Origin: a virus
Length of the DNA: 64,000 bases
Reading direction: 5' to 3' (one strand)
Virus record (IMG/VR): IMGVR_UViG_3300037089_000505
Coordinates: 79,948 to 143,947 of that record
The notes beneath the pieces are model-generated. The model was given only the letters and a program-made list of their open reading frames with translations. It did not search any database and was not told the DNA's origin. Position numbers and translations under genes: made by a program. Each line of letters starts with the position of its first letter. The stretch's first letter is position 1. Below, in pieces: positions 22,378 through 33,176 of the stretch.

Positions 22378-23682
22378 ATGGAACTTAAAGGAAAATACGC
22401 TAACGCAATCGTCTACAACGACTTAGTCGAGGCTACCTGTATCTCGCAGATTCTTGGCCTGTTAAACCATCCTCTGTCTGAAAACTCCAACCCTCGCTTC
22501 ATGCCAGATTTGCACGCGGGAAAAGGCTGTGTCATCGGCTATACTGCTATTCTTCCGCCTGATGGAAAGGTAGTTCCTAACCTCATCGGTGTAGATAAGG
22601 GATGTGGCGTCTATACCATTTGCCTTGGATTCTTGGCCGATATCGGCGAAAAGTTTGACAAGCTTGACAGGTTCATTCGCAACGAAATTCCTTCCGGGTT
22701 CAAGAGCAACGAACGAACCAATCAGGATCTGGAGGAAATTTTCCGAAAGGGACTTGCGAGCAATGGTCTTTATGCAAACATCCGTGATTTCGATGTCGCC
22801 CTTAAGGAAGTGTGCAAGCGTCAGGATCAGAGCTATGATGCGGTAATGAGACAGATTGGAACTCTCGGCGGTGGAAATCACTTCATTGAAGTTGGACTCG
22901 ACGAAGAGAATCGTCTTTGGCTGACGATCCACTCTGGCTCGAGACACTTCGGAAACATCAGCTGTCTCTTCCATCAGAAAAAGGCACAGAACAAATACCT
23001 CGGTCTCGATGATGAAACCTTCCGAGCAAAGGTGGAGGAAATCAAACGGACCAAGCACGGTAAAGGTATTGAAGCAGCAATTCAGAGACTCCGTTCAGAA
23101 GCCCGGAAGGGTGGCAAGAAACCCAACGGTCTTGAGTGGTTAGAGGGCAAAGATCGCGAAACTTACATTCACGACTTGAAAGTTGCTCAGTTGTATGCAA
23201 AACTCAATCGCCATACGATGGCCTACGCTATTGTGAACGGCTTCTACAAGCTGGACATTTTCAGCCTGAAGAGAATTGAGTCTGTCCACAACTACATCAA
23301 CTTCGAAGATAACATCGTTCGAAAGGGCGCGATCTCTGCTCATATCGGAGAAGAGGTTGTCATTCCCTTCAACATGAGAGACGGTTTGATCATTGGAATT
23401 GGAAAAGGAAATCCTGACTGGAACTTTTCTGCACCGCACGGGTCTGGAAGGAAGATGTCTCGTTCGGCCGCAAAAGGCCTGGACCTTGCTCATTTCGAGA
23501 AAGTTATGAAGGATGCGGGTATCTGGTCTACTTCAATAGGTAAAGACACACTCGATGAATCGCCCATGGCCTACAAGAACACTGAAGACATTGTGGCTCT
23601 TTTAGGGCCGACTGTAGAAATTAAGCATCGCGTGAAGCCAATCTACAATTTCAAGTCTGGCAAAGAAGAGGAAAGAGAATAA
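22378..23682 (+). CDS. rtcB: RtcB family RNA-splicing ligase
   Basis: MPDLHAGKG, GVDKGCG, GTLGGGNHFIE, HSGSR, HNY..VRKGA, SAPHGSGR and DESPMAYK. Confidence 0.95.
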   Translation: MELKGKYANAIVYNDLVEATCISQILGLLNHPLSENSNPRFMPDLHAGKGCVIGYTAILPPDGKVVPNLIGVDKGCGVYTICLGFLADIGEKFDKLDRFIRNEIPSGFKSNERTNQDLEEIFRKGLASNGLYANIRDFDVALKEVCKRQDQSYDAVMRQIGTLGGGNHFIEVGLDEENRLWLTIHSGSRHFGNISCLFHQKKAQNKYLGLDDETFRAKVEEIKRTKHGKGIEAAIQRLRSEARKGGKKPNGLEWLEGKDRETYIHDLKVAQLYAKLNRHTMAYAIVNGFYKLDIFSLKRIESVHNYINFEDNIVRKGAISAHIGEEVVIPFNMRDGLIIGIGKGNPDWNFSAPHGSGRKMSRSAAKGLDLAHFEKVMKDAGIWSTSIGKDTLDESPMAYKNTEDIVALLGPTVEIKHRVKPIYNFKSGKEEERE

Positions 23683-24017
23683 TGGTAATTACTTTGAATT
23701 TTGCAAGCGCGAAAGATTTGATGAGCTGGCATCATCACAAGCAGAACGTCAAGTTGTTCAAGCGGACACGAAGTTTTCAGGTGACAGGTTCTGATGGCCT
23801 GTACTACGGTTATATCACAGGCGTTCTTGATGGAGTTAGAGCTGCCAATCGGGATGTATATTTCAAGATCCCAGACGGAGCAAATATAAAAACTATTGGC
23901 AGTATAGTCGACGAGTTCATTACTAGGAACAAAGAAAACATCGACGAAAACGAATCAGCAGCATCTGTCGTCATTGCAGCGTTACAGGAGAAGTGGCCAC
24001 ACGTAGGAGGGAAATAA
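23682..24017 (+). CDS. Rap1a/Tai-like domain protein
   Basis: GYITGVLD...IP.G.....V..FI..N......AA.VV.AAL..KWP pattern. Confidence 0.5.
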   Translation: MVITLNFASAKDLMSWHHHKQNVKLFKRTRSFQVTGSDGLYYGYITGVLDGVRAANRDVYFKIPDGANIKTIGSIVDEFITRNKENIDENESAASVVIAALQEKWPHVGGK

Positions 24018-25042
24018 TGAACTCTATGAGATTGGCTAATGGCGTAGAAATCAAATTTCTTGACGAGCCTGAGGGTAGGTTTATTTGCATTGCCGACCTG
24101 ATTGTTGGTATCGAACGAGCTGAAAAAACTATGATGGAAAAACCATTCAACACTTGGGTTCAGAAAACTACCAAAGGTTTTATCGACAATCTCAAGCTCA
24201 TAAGAGATGTGAAATGACCAAAGAAATTCGCCATGCTCTTGAAGTATTCAAAGAAAGGCTGGTAAAGAATGGATGATAGAACACTTGAGAAGACAGTAAA
24301 CCTCATGCTCACTCTTTACCATTGCTTAGACTGTGGCCTCAATGGTAACGATTGGGAAGAGTTCAAGAAGCTGAAGGCTGAATTTATGGGTCAAGCGGCT
24401 GATTCACTTTTTTTCAAATGCCCTAAGTGTGGTAACAAATGGGCTACAGTCAATCTCAACATTCTTGACAAACAAAGAAAAGAAAAGGAAGCGGCAAAGG
24501 CAAAGGAATGAGTTGGCGAAAGATTGTAGTAGACGGAGAAGCTTATCGCTGGAAGTGCGGCGGTTCTAATGTTTCCATCCGTAACGAAAAAACTGGCAAA
24601 GGTGTCAATATTGCTATTACAGAGCTGAAGCCGATATCACCCGAAGACGTTGAAGAAATGCATTGGCACAACTTCAATGGTGGTATTACGCCTTCTGATG
24701 TTCATGCTTATATCAACGGCAATCTTCGTAGAGAGGAGCTTGGAATCGACACTATCAAAATTCTACAGGATATTTACTACGAAAAAGTACCTGCGGCATA
24801 CGCAGGTGGAACTTTGACAGTCAAAGATCACGACAAGCTTCTCATGTTTAATGTAGGAAAGGGTTCTTCAGACGAAGAAAATTGTTGGATTGCCCTCAAT
24901 TACGTCAAGAACAAGAATTCTAATTGCGCTTTTTGGGATCAAGCTGTCAGCACTTTACGACTGACGCCTGGCTTTAAGAAGATTGCCACAAAGGCAATGC
25001 TCAAGAGTTTCTAATACTGCATACTTTTTGAAAGGAGAGAAT

Positions 25043-25441
25043 ATGAAGCTGTTGAAGGTTTTCGCAATTCTTTTGGTGGTACTGGCTTTTGCTTCATGCG
25101 GTCAGGGGCAGAAGTTTGTCGACCACACAGTGGATGTCGATACGGCGTTTGGAAACTACGAGTGGTTCCACACTACCTATCAGGACATTCAAGCCATGTC
25201 CCCGAAAATCAAACTCGCTTATGATATGTATCAGGACAAAACGGTGTCTGGGGACACTAAGACAAACTACCAGACGAATTACACCGGCTTGGTGAACATC
25301 CTGAACAACTACGTGGCTGAGTACAACGCCAAGTCCTCCATGTGGAACAGAAGTCTTTTCAAGGACAAGAAATTGCCCTACAAAATCAAGGTAACAGTCA
25401 CCGGTGGTGATGTCAGATTCTCAGATCCAGACGAACAGTAA
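25043..25441 (+). CDS. lipoprotein
   Basis: MKLLKVFAILLVVLAFAS-C signal peptide and lipobox; SD AAGGAG. Confidence 0.75.
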   Translation: MKLLKVFAILLVVLAFASCGQGQKFVDHTVDVDTAFGNYEWFHTTYQDIQAMSPKIKLAYDMYQDKTVSGDTKTNYQTNYTGLVNILNNYVAEYNAKSSMWNRSLFKDKKLPYKIKVTVTGGDVRFSDPDEQ

Positions 25442-25451
25442 AGGAGATCGT

Positions 25452-26021
25452 ATGAAGAAATTGCTTAGTGTCTTGGCATTCCTCGCGGTCGTAGCTGCAT
25501 TTGGGGCGGCCGAAGGTACGCCCGAGTCTTCAATGGCAAAGGGCCAGGCGGCGAAAGAGACCACAATGAAGGCTCTGATTCGCGCTGTGCCAGTCCCCGA
25601 GCTGAAGAACGCTCAGGAGCGCATGATGATCGCCCGCCGAGCTCTCATGTTCGACAAGCCCCACGTGGTCGGCTATGTTTACATTTTCATCGCCGGCACA
25701 TCGACGCCCCTGGGATACTACGTAGTGGATGGAAAGGTTGCCTCGCTGAAGAGCTACCTTGTTCCACAGCAGCGCATTACCGACGAAGCCGTCATTAACG
25801 GTCAGCTGCAGCATGTCAGTGGTTACTACATTGTAGACGACGCTGATATCGATGGAACTTACGGCGACAATATTGATGGAGTCTTTTTCTTCACCGATAA
25901 TGGGGTCTATGTCGAGCTTCCCACTAACGGCCCAGTTGGATACACTTACTCCACCCAGCCGCTTCCAATTCGCGTTCCGAAGCTTACTGTTCAGTACGCT
26001 GTTCCCGATAAGCCACAGTAA
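25452..26021 (+). CDS. secreted conserved phage protein
   Basis: signal peptide; GYVYIF..GYYVVDGKVAS and DGTYG...GVFFFT..GVYVE. Confidence 0.65.
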   Translation: MKKLLSVLAFLAVVAAFGAAEGTPESSMAKGQAAKETTMKALIRAVPVPELKNAQERMMIARRALMFDKPHVVGYVYIFIAGTSTPLGYYVVDGKVASLKSYLVPQQRITDEAVINGQLQHVSGYYIVDDADIDGTYGDNIDGVFFFTDNGVYVELPTNGPVGYTYSTQPLPIRVPKLTVQYAVPDKPQ

Positions 26022-26036
26022 GCCAAGAGTCCTCCA

Positions 26037-26064
26037 AGGGGCCCTGTGAATGGGCCCCTCTTTT
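26037..26064 (+). terminator. intrinsic terminator
   Basis: AGGGGCCC/GGGCCCCT hairpin followed by CTTTT. Confidence 0.7.
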
Positions 26065-26983
26065 GTTTCCTAAAGCATCGACATTGAGTTATTATGTATC
26101 TAAGGAGACAAAAGGCAATGGTGTTTTATGGCATAGCTTTTATCTTGAGCTTCTTCATCGATGCATCTATTGAGTTCAGTGGGCACTTCCCCATCATCAT
26201 GGTTGCTATCTTCATTACTTTGATGATTTTGGGATTTCGCCGAGACTGGAGAATCAACGAGGTCAAAGGTAGCTGGCAGGTTTATGCCTTATTCATCATA
26301 CCGACTTTCCTTGTCATGATCATGGCTCCTTACCTTTGTACAGTCACTGCTTTTCTCATCGCTACAACAATGACCATTACTCACATCATCACTCAGCACA
26401 CCGATCGGCTTCGGTTCGATCAGGCGGCGGAAAAGAGGAGCTAAGTGGAACTCCTATTTATTTACAAAGATACCTTTTGGAAGATCTGGCTCCGCCTGGG
26501 CTACCTTCTATATCTGGTAGACCGTCTGATAGAGAAACTCTTTGACCTGACGACCAAGATAGGCTGGTTCAAAATTGCTGGTTTCATTCGGACCTATGGT
26601 ACAGGCAGCATGGATCCATCAACTAGAGCGTCAGCCTGGGCTGATACTGTGATTGATGTCCGAGACGAAGGGGAAAATTGGCTACTCTGGAGATGCTATT
26701 TTGGCTGGACGCTTTTCAAAGAGACCTTGATCTCTTATTTTCAAAGACGTCCTGCACTACCCCCAACAACTACTGTACTTACTGAAGAAGAAATTCGGCA
26801 ACTCTTAAGCTAAATGCATATTTTATGAGAGGAGAGGTGGATGGCAAAGAACAAAGATAAGACGTGTGATAATTGTAGTTTCAAACACACGACTCACGAA
26901 CACTGCCGCCATGGGGAGTTCATCAACCCAATTCCGGAAGCGCGGATTTGTGACAGCTGGATCATCAAAGAGGAGGCGGCAAA

Positions 26984-27316
26984 ATGATGAAAATCATCGG
27001 TCTCACGCTTTTGGGCTTTATTGTGCTCTTGGGCTTTGTATGGATTGCTGAAGGCAACGACTTTTTCATGTACAAAGTCTTTGCTCCAGCCCAGGCCGCA
27101 GTAGAGCGTCAAACTTTCGAGCAAACCAAGTCTTACAATCAAGGCATGATCCAGACGCTGCGAAGCGAACAACTTCAGTATGAAAACGGCGATGATAAGA
27201 CCAAAGATATGGTCGCGGCCTACGTCTGGGGCCAGTATGCCGACTATAATCAGGACATGCTTCCTGGAGATTTAAAGAACTTCATGAGTGAAGTTCATAG
27301 CCGTCTTAAGAAATAG
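26984..27316 (+). CDS. membrane-anchored conserved phage protein
   Basis: N-terminal TM helix; RQTFEQTKSYNQG. Confidence 0.6.
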   Translation: MMKIIGLTLLGFIVLLGFVWIAEGNDFFMYKVFAPAQAAVERQTFEQTKSYNQGMIQTLRSEQLQYENGDDKTKDMVAAYVWGQYADYNQDMLPGDLKNFMSEVHSRLKK

Positions 27317-27324
27317 GAGGACGT

Positions 27325-27888
27325 ATGAAGAGAGTTTTGTTTGTGCTTCTGACTGCTTCCCTTGTCTTTTTCCTTTTCGCTTGTGCGGATGAGACACCCT
27401 CAGCCGACAAGACCCAACGGGTGAGACAGGAACAGATCCAGCAAGAAGGCGTAGCACAGGTCGGGATGCCGGCTATTACTTCGTTTTTCGAAGCGAAGCA
27501 ACTGAAGCGCATCTACGAGATTCGTGATCACGGCTTTGACGGATCGGGGCCTATGCACACCTATACCTACACGGAGAACATGATACCGACTATCGTTCAC
27601 GGTCATACTGCGATGGGCGGCAAGTTTACTTTCATGTTCGACTCGGTTGGCTATGGATTCCCGTACGCCACTCAATTCTCAAACCCTTCAAAGCTAGAAA
27701 GGGTTTACAATGCCAGCGCTTATTATTTTGTCATGCCTCAGGCAGAACCGAATCTTTTGTTCACGCCGAGCGCAGCAGCTGGTACTTGGGTCCTCGTAGC
27801 AGACCCTACGGGCAAGTCTAAAGAGCTGATGCCTATCTACTGCGAGCCCAATGTCCTGGTTGTCCCTTTCAAGCTTCCGCTTGATTGA
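27325..27888 (+). CDS. lipoprotein
   Basis: signal peptide ending FFLFA-C; GYGFPYATQFSNP and PQAEPN..F..S.A.GTWV. Confidence 0.75.
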   Translation: MKRVLFVLLTASLVFFLFACADETPSADKTQRVRQEQIQQEGVAQVGMPAITSFFEAKQLKRIYEIRDHGFDGSGPMHTYTYTENMIPTIVHGHTAMGGKFTFMFDSVGYGFPYATQFSNPSKLERVYNASAYYFVMPQAEPNLLFTPSAAAGTWVLVADPTGKSKELMPIYCEPNVLVVPFKLPLD

Positions 27889-27899
27889 TCTAACTACAC

Positions 27900-27932
27900 G
27901 GGGCTCTCTAACCGAGAGCCCCTCATTGTTTT
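27900..27932 (+). terminator. hairpin, probable terminator
   Basis: GGGGCTCTC/GAGAGCCCC stem with a weak U-tract. Confidence 0.55.
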
Positions 27933-27945
27933 AATAGGAGTCTAC

Positions 27946-29085
27946 ATGGTAACTACAAATCAATTACAGGATCTAGCCAAAGAACATGGTACACCTTTGT
28001 TTATCGTTGATCACGACGAAATTCGTGAAAACTTCAAAATGTTTAGGGGGTGTCTTCCGCGAGTAAGGCCATTCTTTGCCATCAAGGCCAACTCTGATCC
28101 TGGTATTGTGCATACTCTTTTTCAAGAAGGTGCTGACTTCGATGTAGCCTCGCTACCAGAATTCAAAATCGTCTACGAGAACATAAAAGATTTGTCATGC
28201 AAAGAGCGCCACGATTGGGTCCACGATAAGGTCATTTACAGCAACACAATCAAAACTCCCTCAACTCTTCAAAAACTTGACGGCTACAAGCCGTTGGTCA
28301 CATTTGACAACAGCGATGAAATCCACAAAATCAAAGAGTACGCCCCGAACGCAAGGTTACTCTTGAGGCTTTGTGTTCCAAATCGTGGAGCTATGGTTGA
28401 GCTTTCTTCTAAGTTTGGGGCAAATCCAGACGAGGCAATTGATCTTATCTTCAAAGCCGTTAGTCTCGGTTTGGTAGTCGAAGGTATCAGCTTTCACGTT
28501 GGAAGTCAAACAAGCGACTTCAGCAACTATATAAACGCCCTGACACTAACTGATCATGTCTTTCAAGAGGCCAAGAAATGGGGATACTCTGGAATGCACG
28601 TGGTAGATATAGGAGGGGGCTTCCCTGCTGCTTACGACGACACTGTCAAACCACTTTGTGAATTATCGAGAACAATCAATACAGAATTGGCTTATCGCTT
28701 TGGCATGGACGTCCAGATCATTGCAGAACCTGGTAGGTTCATGGTCGCTTCAGCATGTTATGCTGTTTCAGAGGTCATCGGAGTTGCAACTCGTAACGGA
28801 AAGAAATGCTACTACGTCAATGACGGAGTCTATCATACTTATTCGGGGAAGATCTTTGATCATTGTCATTATCACATGAAGGCTTTCAAAGAAGGTCCTT
28901 CACAAATCAGTACGGTTTACGGACCTTGCTGCGATGCCCTCGACATGATTTCAAATGGGGATAGTCTGCCAGAATTGTTCAGGGGAGATCTTCTGTATAG
29001 CGACATGGTTGGAGCTTATACGACCGCTTCAGCTACACACTTCAACGGATTTCCGCCAGCAAAGATTGTTCACATCAATCAGTAA
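27946..29085 (+). CDS. type III PLP-dependent ornithine/lysine-type decarboxylase
   Basis: PFFAIKAN, FDVAS, KFGA, SFHVGSQ, DIGGGF, EPGRF, GPCCDALD and GAYT. Confidence 0.92.
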   Translation: MVTTNQLQDLAKEHGTPLFIVDHDEIRENFKMFRGCLPRVRPFFAIKANSDPGIVHTLFQEGADFDVASLPEFKIVYENIKDLSCKERHDWVHDKVIYSNTIKTPSTLQKLDGYKPLVTFDNSDEIHKIKEYAPNARLLLRLCVPNRGAMVELSSKFGANPDEAIDLIFKAVSLGLVVEGISFHVGSQTSDFSNYINALTLTDHVFQEAKKWGYSGMHVVDIGGGFPAAYDDTVKPLCELSRTINTELAYRFGMDVQIIAEPGRFMVASACYAVSEVIGVATRNGKKCYYVNDGVYHTYSGKIFDHCHYHMKAFKEGPSQISTVYGPCCDALDMISNGDSLPELFRGDLLYSDMVGAYTTASATHFNGFPPAKIVHINQ

Positions 29086-29088
29086 AAG

Positions 29089-30647
29089 TTATCGATTAGG
29101 ATTATCGTACCAATCAGCAACGGCAGAGTAAGCCTTGTCAATCTTTCGTAGTTGTTTTTTATCCCACTTAGTGATGCCTAATTTTTTAGCAGCTTTATAC
29201 CAATCCATACTTACTAATCCATATTTTATGTTAATATAAAGATTGCTTTCGAGTTCCGTAAATTCTCCAGATAGAGTTGGATCCTTATATTCGTCTTCTA
29301 TGTCGTAGGCATCACCATCAGCGCCATAACTGTATCGAAAATAATCTATATCATCATCACCATGAATATGTTTCTCGTATAGATTTTCTGTCGACATCCC
29401 GTCTAAAATGTCTTCTAAGAAATCGCGGTGGGCCGATTCATCCCAATCACTACCATTGCCAAAAATAGGAGTGTCTTTACCATTTAACATAGCGAGAAAA
29501 ATTGTTGCACCATGTCTTCTGATAAAGCTCTTCATATTTGTAGGCATATCTGGCGCGCCCTTAACTTCAAAACTTGGTCTACCTTTAAACTTTAATTTTT
29601 CTTCGCCTAATATGACTCTGATAAAAAAATGTTTGGTGAGGCTGTTGGCGGGGTAAAACCAAGGCGCTAACGGTAAATCTTTTAATTGCATTATTTTTTC
29701 TTCTTTCTATTGTTTAAATAACGATTAAATATCTCTCGAGTTACTCTAGCCCAATCGTCTTCTGGTAAGTCGAACAACTCTTGTTCTATGTCTTCAACAG
29801 TATCGTTATAGAAGAACTCACTGTGTTCGCGCACAGGGTCGACACCTATCATTTTTGCTATTTGCGTTAATTGTCCATTAGTTAAATTTCTCAACGCCTC
29901 TTTGACGGCATCTTCAAAATTCTCGAAGATGCCTTTTATCTCATAACGATCGTTGTTCATTTAGTCTTGGTTAGGAGCTCCAGACGGTTTTGCTTTATTG
30001 ATTATAGGAGCCCGAGCAGGAGCAGGATTTCTAGCAATTCTTTTTGCTTCTATTTCATGTTGCTGACCTTTAGCTTGTGCTTCTTTAGCAGCCAAATCTG
30101 CACCCTTTTCTTTCTGTTGAGTTGCAGCACCAACTTTTTGTTGATAGTTCGCGTCTACAACCTTAAATAATATTTCATCAGCTTTGTCTATTGGTATTTC
30201 TTGTTTTGCAAACTCAGCTTTTAGTTTATCTACGCCCTTATAACCTTCCATATTTGCCAGCCATTGAGCAGCATATTGATTAGCAGCTGCTTGACCCTTA
30301 GCTTGAACTAATTTGGCATACTGAGCTTTGAAGCCAGCCCAATCTCTTACTATCATGGGCAAGTTCCTTTCATTTAAAGGTTTTTCAATTGCATCATTTA
30401 ATTTCATATTTCATCCTCGTTTATTTAAGTTGAATGCGGGCTTTTTTAGTTTACTTACCCTATCATACCATTCTTTAAGTTCCTCTTCACCGACAGAATA
30501 TTCATCTCCGCCTCGAGGAGTGACATGGTATAAATTACCAACTTTCTTTACTTTGTTACCCTCTTTCTCTAGTGCTTTTATAACATCCGCCATATTTACA
30601 GCCTCAAAGTTTTCAGTCAAAAAATTAGCCCATTCCTTTAAAGTCAT
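29089..30647 (-). CDS. minus-strand operon of four hypothetical proteins (30411-30647, 29961-30407, 29691-29960, 29089-29691)
   Basis: abutting ORFs with SD, downstream of an AAGATAA motif at 30666-30672 (minus strand). Confidence 0.7.
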
Positions 30648-30694
30648 ACTCTTCTCCTCTTATACTTATCTTTCGTTTGGCATACTTAAATCAA

Positions 30695-31261
30695 ATGACC
30701 ATTTTCATAGACCAAGACAACGTATTGAATAAATTCATTGATAATTGTGTGGTTTATATTAACAGACTATACAATTTTGATATAAAATTCACCGAGGAAG
30801 ATTGTAAGAATTGGGATGTATTTAAACAGATATTCCCATTTGCCTCTGAAAAATTCACAAATGAGATGGCCGAAAGAGTATTTAGTGCAACTGGCTTTTG
30901 GTCTACAATGAAAATCAAAGACAGCGCTGCTGAAGTCATGCAAAAACTAATAAACGATGGGCATGAAGTTTTTATTGCTACTATGCCCTGGGAAACGGCA
31001 AGAAATTGTATATCTGAAAAAATATCTTGGGTTGAAGAAAACTTACCCTTCTTCAGAACAAAAAACATAATCACCTGTCCTAATAAAAAATTTCTCACTG
31101 GCGATGTCATTTTAGACGATGCCCCACATATTATAGAAAATACACCACATTGTAAATATAGAATTATTTATGATTATCCATACAATCAAAATGTAGAAGC
31201 TAGCTTTCGTATTAAAAGCTGGAATGAAGCTTACTCAGTCATAAGCAACTTAGAACGATAA
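30695..31261 (+). CDS. 5'(3')-deoxyribonucleotidase (NT5C-like HAD)
   Basis: IDQDNVL, FIAT.P, EK..WV..N.PF, K....GD.ILDD and YPYNQ. Confidence 0.85.
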   Translation: MTIFIDQDNVLNKFIDNCVVYINRLYNFDIKFTEEDCKNWDVFKQIFPFASEKFTNEMAERVFSATGFWSTMKIKDSAAEVMQKLINDGHEVFIATMPWETARNCISEKISWVEENLPFFRTKNIITCPNKKFLTGDVILDDAPHIIENTPHCKYRIIYDYPYNQNVEASFRIKSWNEAYSVISNLER

Positions 31262-32420
31262 GTTAACTTCAAGAGGTATTAATATTGAGGCTCAGTAGTA
31301 GTCGGGACAATATAGCTGTTGATATTCAAGCGAAAATTTTTAACAAACATAATGTATGGTCACTCATCTTTAAGCCCACAGAAGGTCTGAAATTTATTAC
31401 AAGTGATTCCTTTACAAGCGGTAAGGATCTATATCAGAACATGACGCGTAATGTTATAGATAAAATTCAACCTTTTGGTGCGACCCTGAAGGAAACTTTT
31501 GTCCTTATTGAAGATGAAAAAATAAAATTAGATAGAGACAATGCTGAAAAATATATGAACAAAATTATCAAAGAAGATTTAACAATAGTTTTTCGAATCA
31601 TGATAAATAATAAGAACTATGAGTATCAAGTTAATTCATAGAGGTGCTATATGAAGTTAAATAAATTGTTTGAAATGCACGACGAAGAGCTTGATGAGAA
31701 AACTCGAAAAAAGATAGCTAAGTTATTCCCAGCAGCATGGAAAAAGGCCCCAGCTAAATTTCATGCAGAAGTTAAAAAAGAATATGACGGAGCCGATTTA
31801 TCAACTGATATAGATCCAGACGATATTGACAATGAAGATGGACCTATTGAAATAATGACTTCACCGGCTAATCCTCCTGAAACGGTAAATGATGATGATA
31901 CAGATGTAGCCGTTGAGGTCGAATTTGAGAATGGAGTGTTAACCGTAATTGGTTGGCGAATAATGAGTTGATTTATTATTTTACATCAAGCGACGAAAAA
32001 TTAACTAAAGACACGTGGGACATTTGGTCATTTTTTATTTCGTTCAAAAAAGAGAGACCAGTTGTTGGATCAAAAGGAATAATCTTTCGGTACAACGATG
32101 ACCTCTGTGAAGTAGAAGAATTAGTTTCTGGAGCTGAACTAATGCCGATACCTTTCTTGACTGAAGAAATGAAACACGCATTTATAGATGGATGCTTCAA
32201 AGCATTTAGAAGGGGATAATATGGAAGAAATGGAAGCTAGAGAATTAGCAAAACAGCGCAATCTTAAACGTGCCGCTAAAAGATACGAACAAAACAAAAT
32301 GGCAATAGAAAAAGCCAACGAAGATTTACAAAGACGCATATCTAAAAGAACATTAGAGATATTAGATTCAAGTATGAAAAATTTTAAGAAAGGTAAAGTG
32401 AGTGATCCCATTGACATTTA

Positions 32421-32773
32421 GGGGACGTTAAGGTTTCGACTGGAATTGGTTCGGTCTTGGATCGCAAGTAGAGTGCTAAACTCTTAAATTAGCAAAAACA
32501 CAACTGCCGAAAATTTTGACGCAGATTTTGCTCTGGCTGCTTAAACAGTCCTCGCACGGGTCTTCAGAGTCTAGTCTCCAACATCTGAATTAACCTGAAA
32601 CAAATCGAGACTTACTTATAGATGATTTCGTTACATCTCTAAGAAAACTATAACGAATTTGATAAAGAGCAGAAGTTGGCTCTTAACTCTTTATCGAGAA
32701 AACAATACCAACTAAACTTGTAGAAGTTCTTGATCAGCATTCCAACACGCGGGTCCGACTCCCGCCGTCTCCA
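32421..32773 (+). ncRNA. ssrA: tmRNA; tag (A)AENFDADFALAA at 32506-32544
   Basis: GGGGACG/CGTCTCC-A acceptor with G3.U; GGTTTCGAC 5' motif; T-arm GCGGG-TCCGACT-CCCGC; tag ends in ALAA-stop. Confidence 0.95.
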
Positions 32774-32849
32774 TAAAGAAGATAAAATATTATCTCTTCT
32801 TGAAATTAGAAAGTGTCTAAAGATAAAATACACGAGGTAAAAAATAAAC

Positions 32850-33029
32850 ATGCAAATAGGCGATGTAGTTTTATTAAAAAGCGACATGAGACACGCTATG
32901 ACAATTGGTTTGAAGTCTAAAGATTATGAAGGATATTGGTGGTGCTACTTTTGGCCACTTGATGGCAGTACAGTAGCGCATATTCAATTACCTGAATCAG
33001 TACTAATACTAGTAAAACCGAATAAATAA
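32850..33029 (+). CDS. YodC/DUF2158-like small protein (not in the ORF track)
   Basis: MQIGDVVLLKS...MTI...CYFW...LPE..L; SD GAGG. Confidence 0.6.
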   Translation: MQIGDVVLLKSDMRHAMTIGLKSKDYEGYWWCYFWPLDGSTVAHIQLPESVLILVKPNK

Positions 33030-33073
33030 AAAAGCTTAATTAAAAATGTTGTAAATCAATAAGTCTTATAAGC

Positions 33074-33109
33074 GCAGGGACCCTGGCAACAGGGTCTTTG
33101 CCTTTGTTT
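33074..33109 (+). terminator. intrinsic terminator
   Basis: GCAGGGACCCTG-GCAA-CAGGGTCTTTGC followed by a U-rich tract. Confidence 0.7.
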
Positions 33110-33176
33110 AAAGGAGGGTATTTATTGTCAATTGAATTTCTGTGTTAATTTAAATTATGTAGGAGGAAAAATGTAA

